48,944 bases of DNA, from positions 1-48,944 of the forward strand of contig JAVLCF010000002.1 of assembly GCA_031581195.1 (NCBI GenBank), read 5' to 3'. Each line of letters starts with the position of its first letter. Positions within the stretch are counted from its first letter, which is position 1. The notes beneath the pieces were generated by a model. It saw only the letters and a program-made list of their open reading frames with translations, had not been told where the DNA came from and did not search any database. Made by a program: the position numbers and the translations under genes. The DNA is from Trueperaceae bacterium. Its GTDB lineage: Bacteria; Deinococcota; Deinococci; Deinococcales; Trueperaceae. Of this stretch, positions 45,472 to 48,944 are shown piece after piece.

Positions 45472-46613
45472 CGGCGCACCACCCGCGGCCCGATCCGCGC
45501 GAGCAGTTCGTAGGGGATCGTGCCGAGCCGCGCCGCGAGCCGCGCGGCGTCCGCCGGCCCGGACCCGGCGAGCAGCGTGACGCGGTCGCCGGGCGCGAGG
45601 TCCGCGTCGCCGACGTCGAGCATCAGTTGATCCATGCAGACGCGCCCCACGACCCGGGCGGGGGCGTCCCCGCCGGGGAGGGCGGCGTCGCCGAGGTTCG
45701 ACGCGCCGCGCGGGTAGCCGTCGGCGTACCCGAGCCGGACGGTCGCGATGCGCGTCGCGCGCGGCGCGGTCCAGGCGTGCCCGTAACTGATGGCGGTGCC
45801 GGCCGCGACGTCCTTGACGAACGTGACGGGCGCGTCGAGCGTCAGGGCGGGCGTGAGGTCCGCGGCGGCGTCGGCCAGGTCGGGACTGGGGGCGTGCCCG
45901 TAGACGGCGATCCCGGGCCGGACGAGGTCGTGATGCGTCGCGGGGTGCGCGAGCGTCGCGGCGCTGTTCGCCGCGTGGCGGAGGGGGGGCGTGAGGCCGT
46001 CGGCCGCCACCGCCGCGAGCGTCGCCTCGAACTGCGCGTGCTGCACGTGGGTCGCGGTCCGGTCCGCCTCGTCCGCGCGGGCGAAGTGCGTCCACACCCC
46101 CTCGAGGCGGACGCCGGGCGCGTCGGCGACGGCGCGCGCGACGGCGGCGGCGTCGTGGGGGCCGCGCCCGATGCGGCCCATGCCGGTGTCGACCGCGACG
46201 TGGAGGGGCACGTCGTGGGGAAGGTCGCCGGCCGCCCGGAGGGGGGCGGCGGCCCGGGCGGCGGCGGCGACGTCCGCGGTCGTCGCGACGCTCAGGTCGA
46301 CGCCGCGCGGAAGCAGCGACGCCAGGACCGTCTCGGGGAGCGGTCCGAAGAGGAGGATGCGGCCGGTGACGCCGGCGTCGCGCAAGGCGCGCGCCTCGTG
46401 CGGCGTCGCGACCCCGAACCAGCCGACGCCCGCCCCCTCGAGGGTGCGAGCGACGGGCACGAGCCCGTGCGCGTACGCGTCCGCCTTGACCGCCGCGAGC
46501 AGCTCGGTGCCTCCCTCGAGGCGCGCCCGGAGGCGGCCCGCGTTCGCGGCGATCGCGTCGAGGTCGATCGTGGCGACCGGCGCGGCGGCGTCGAGCGGGT
46601 CGGGGTGGCTCAT
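45417..46613 (-). CDS. alr: Alanine racemase
   Basis: 398 aa with the PLP-lysine motif AAVKADAYAHG. ATG lies 6 nt after a TAGGCT box. Confidence 0.9.
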   Translation of the reverse strand: MSHPDPLDAAAPVATIDLDAIAANAGRLRARLEGGTELLAAVKADAYAHGLVPVARTLEGAGVGWFGVATPHEARALRDAGVTGRILLFGPLPETVLASLLPRGVDLSVATTADVAAAARAAAPLRAAGDLPHDVPLHVAVDTGMGRIGRGPHDAAAVARAVADAPGVRLEGVWTHFARADEADRTATHVQHAQFEATLAAVAADGLTPPLRHAANSAATLAHPATHHDLVRPGIAVYGHAPSPDLADAAADLTPALTLDAPVTFVKDVAAGTAISYGHAWTAPRATRIATVRLGYADGYPRGASNLGDAALPGGDAPARVVGRVCMDQLMLDVGDADLAPGDRVTLLAGSGPADAARLAARLGTIPYELLARIGPRVVRRYRGGTSDASGSSDATPP

Positions 46614-46619
46614 GGCCCG

Positions 46620-46625
46620 AGCCTA
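46620..46625 (-). promoter_or_regulatory. -10-like box for leaderless alr
   Basis: Minus strand TAGGCT, 6 nt, ATG 46613. Confidence 0.4.
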
Positions 46626-46653
46626 CCGCTCCCGGAGCGCGTCTGGCCGGCGC

Positions 46654-48117
46654 TCAGTCGTGCGCGGCGGGGGTGACGCCCGGCGCGCCGGTCCGTCGCG
46701 CGGAGCGGCGCCAGAGGTCCCACACGGCGATGGCGAGCGAGGCGGCGACGAGGACCTGCACGACGTGCATCACGTCGTGCACCGCGCCGACGCGGGCGGT
46801 CGTCAGGACGGCGGACGTCGCGGTGTCCGCCTCCCCGCCGGCGCGCGCGACGACGCGCGCCGCCCAGAAGGTCCCGAGCACGGCGATGCCGCCCGACTGC
46901 CCGAACGCTCGCGTCAAGCCCAGCAACGCCCCCGTGACGCCCGACCGCCCGTCCGGGGCGGAGCCCATGATGGCGGTGTTGTTCGGGGTTTGGAAGGTCG
47001 CCATCCCCAGCCCGACGAACGTGAACCGCAGGACGAAGCCCAACGCGGTCGTGTCCGCGTCGAGGGTCGCGACGAGGGAGAAGCCGACGAAGGCGAACGC
47101 GAGGCCGGCGACCGTGACGCGGCGCGCCCCGAACCGGTCGGCGAGGGTGCCGGCGAGCGGCGCAACGATCACCAACAGGATCGGGGTGACCGACATCAAC
47201 AGCCCCACGTTCCGCGGCGCGAGCCCGAGGACGTCCTCGAGGTAGAACGGCATGACGAAGATCGTGCCGGCGATCGACACGAACACGCCGAGCGCGATGA
47301 CGAGGCCCATCGTGAGCTCCGCGTTGCGGAAGAGCGCGAGGTCCAGCACCGGTTGTGCGGTGCGGCGCTCCCACGCGAGGAAGAGCGGGAGCCCGACGAC
47401 GACACCCAGCGTCGCGGCGAGGATCCACGGGTCGAGCGCGCCGCGCTCCGGCGCCAGCGTCAACGCCAACGACCCGCTGGCGAGCAGGGCGCTGAGCAGC
47501 AGTGCGCCGGGCAGGTCGAAGCGTTGCCGTGCGCCCGCAGGGTAGGGCGGGACCGCGAACGCCGCCAGCACGAGGCCCGCCAACGCGACGGGGGCGCCGG
47601 CGAGGAACACGAAGCGCCACCCGAGGTCGACGAGGAACCCCCCGAGGGTCGGGCCGATGACGACCCCGACCGACAACACCGCGCCGTTGATGCCGATCGC
47701 GCGGCCGCGCTGCGCGGCGGGGAAGACGTCGGTCACGATCGCCAGCCCGATGCTGGTCAGGATCGCGCTGCCGACGCCGTTGACGAGGCGGAACGCGATC
47801 AGCCACGCGAGGTCGGGGGCGAGGCCGGCGGCGAGGGTCGCGCCGGCGTACGTCGCGAAGCCGACGAGCAGCACGACGCGTTTGCCGACCATGTCGGCGA
47901 TCCGGCCGACGATCGGCATCAGCGCGGCGGTGGTAAGGAGGTAGGCGAGCACCACCCACTGCACCGCCGCGAACGGCACGTCGAACGCCTTGGCGAGGGT
48001 GGGGAGCGCGACGTTGACGGCGGTCCCGGTGAACGTCGCGACGAACGCGCCGAGCGAGGCCGCCGCCAGGATCCACGCCCGGCGGCGCGGATCGTGGGCG
48101 GCGGGGTTCAACTCCAT
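46654..48117 (-). CDS. MFS transporter, DHA2 (EmrB/QacA-like, 14-TM) family
   Basis: 487 aa from ATG 48117, with MFS motif A PIVGRIADMVGKR. The upstream 210 aa of the track ORF are junk. Confidence 0.88.
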   Translation of the reverse strand: MELNPAAHDPRRRAWILAAASLGAFVATFTGTAVNVALPTLAKAFDVPFAAVQWVVLAYLLTTAALMPIVGRIADMVGKRVVLLVGFATYAGATLAAGLAPDLAWLIAFRLVNGVGSAILTSIGLAIVTDVFPAAQRGRAIGINGAVLSVGVVIGPTLGGFLVDLGWRFVFLAGAPVALAGLVLAAFAVPPYPAGARQRFDLPGALLLSALLASGSLALTLAPERGALDPWILAATLGVVVGLPLFLAWERRTAQPVLDLALFRNAELTMGLVIALGVFVSIAGTIFVMPFYLEDVLGLAPRNVGLLMSVTPILLVIVAPLAGTLADRFGARRVTVAGLAFAFVGFSLVATLDADTTALGFVLRFTFVGLGMATFQTPNNTAIMGSAPDGRSGVTGALLGLTRAFGQSGGIAVLGTFWAARVVARAGGEADTATSAVLTTARVGAVHDVMHVVQVLVAASLAIAVWDLWRRSARRTGAPGVTPAAHD

Positions 48118-48123
48118 CCCCGG

Positions 48124-48129
48124 AGTGTC
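48124..48129 (-). promoter_or_regulatory. -10-like box for the leaderless MFS gene
   Basis: Minus strand GACACT, 6 nt, ATG 48117. The first base deviates from TAnnnT. Confidence 0.3.
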
Positions 48130-48208
48130 GCACGCCGGGCGGCCCGACACCGTGAAGTCCGACGCCGAGCGCCCGTGCGCGTACCGATACTCCGAATCGA
48201 CGTGGTGG

Positions 48209-48214
48209 TACGGT
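48209..48214 (+). promoter_or_regulatory. -10-like box for the leaderless Big_2 lipoprotein gene
   Basis: TACGGT, 6 nt, GTG 48221. Confidence 0.4.
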
Positions 48215-48249
48215 GCGGTCGTGCCAACCGTGCGACGTACCGCACCGTA
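48209..48249. promoter_or_regulatory. Perfect 11-bp inverted repeat TACGGTGCGGT-N19-ACCGCACCGTA
   Basis: The left arm (48209-48219) covers the -10-like box. The right arm (48239-48249) lies inside the first codons of the lipoprotein gene. Confidence 0.4.
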
Positions 48250-48944
48250 TCTCGGGCGCTCCGCCCTCGCGGTCCTGCTCGCGCTCGGGGTCGTCGGGTG
48301 CGACGGGCGGGGTGGGTACGTCCGCATCGACGCACCCGACCACGTCCAGCTGCTCGTGGAGGAACGCAGGACCCTCGACGTCGACGTCACGGCCGACGGC
48401 GCCGCCGACCCCGGACTGGCGTGGACGAGCCTCGATCCGGCCGTTGCGGCGGTCGCGGACGACGGCACCGTGACCGGCGTCGCGGCGGGCGCGACCCGGA
48501 TCACGGTCGCCAGCACCGCCCTCCCCGACGAACGCCGGAACGTGGACGTCGACGTCCTCACCGCCGCGGACCACCCGGCGTGGGTCGCGGCGCCCGACGC
48601 GAGGCCGGCGATGCGGTTCGACGTGGGCGTCCGCACCACCCCCGACGGCCCCGTCGCGGTCGTGCGCAACGCCAACGCGCGTCCCGAGGACGACGGGCGG
48701 CGGGCCCAGGACGCGTCCGCCGGCCCCGGCGGGGCCGCCGTCGGGCCCACCGGCCCGACCTGCCCGGAGGCGGCCGAAGCACCGGTGGACCGCGTCCTGG
48801 TCCGCTACGCTTCGCCCCCGACCGCCGCGACCGACGTCACCGCACGGCCGTCCCCCTGGACGCGCGTCCGACGGATCACCGACACGCTGCACGTCGTCGA
48901 GGCCGACGCGGCCCGCGGGGCCGTGCGGACGGCCGCCGCGCGCT
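48221..48944 (+). CDS. Lipoprotein with bacterial Ig-like (Big_2) domain; 3' end outside window
   Basis: Absent from the ORF track because there is no stop before the window end. GTG 48221 (or 48230), lipobox LALGVVGC, Big_2 motif LAWTSLDPAVAAVADDGTVTGVAAGATRITVAS, very high GC3. The tail (VLVRYASPP...LHVVEADAARGAV) resembles a subtilase propeptide. Confidence 0.7.
   Translation, partial: MPTVRRTAPYLGRSALAVLLALGVVGCDGRGGYVRIDAPDHVQLLVEERRTLDVDVTADGAADPGLAWTSLDPAVAAVADDGTVTGVAAGATRITVASTALPDERRNVDVDVLTAADHPAWVAAPDARPAMRFDVGVRTTPDGPVAVVRNANARPEDDGRRAQDASAGPGGAAVGPTGPTCPEAAEAPVDRVLVRYASPPTAATDVTARPSPWTRVRRITDTLHVVEADAARGAVRTAAAR

Overview
This is a very GC-rich (roughly 70% by eye), tightly packed bacterial chromosomal segment with about 50 protein genes and one tRNA (initiator tRNA-fMet). 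I found no rRNA, CRISPR array, transposase, integrase or phage genes. Most genes are housekeeping: mutS2 3' end, hsp20, MATE efflux, an Lrp-controlled peptide-type ABC importer with DUF1028, a CHR transporter and ggt, slyD, mreB, an acuABC-like acetylation operon, futalosine-pathway genes, trxA, acnA, SpoIID, rsmI, mfd, era, murE, two deoxynucleoside kinases, thymidine phosphorylase, alr and an MFS pump. The futalosine genes, an outer-membrane beta-barrel protein and many leaderless-type starts suggest a Deinococcus-Thermus-like lineage, but that is inference only. Most of the long ORFs in the six-frame track are Arg/Pro/Gly-rich antisense or out-of-frame artefacts of the high GC content. I trimmed several real genes to internal starts that are supported by SD sequences or -10 boxes. 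One real gene, a Big_2 lipoprotein starting at 48221, is missing from the track because it runs off the window end. I do not see a clear-cut novel multi-gene system such as a defence or mobile element. The best leads are (1) an uncharacterised wHTH regulator / lipoprotein / 834-aa secreted protein module at 22764-26523; (2) a CsoR-family repressor with a split YeeE/YedE transporter and a matching operator over the first start codon; (3) an acuABC-like operon with a coupled dehydrogenase and an in-frame 12-bp tandem array; (4) a DUF104/antitoxin-like small ORF translationally coupled to rsmI; and (5) an unexplained, lower-GC 230-280 nt spacer next to tRNA-fMet. No searches or folding programs were run, so all family calls rest on motifs read from the translations.
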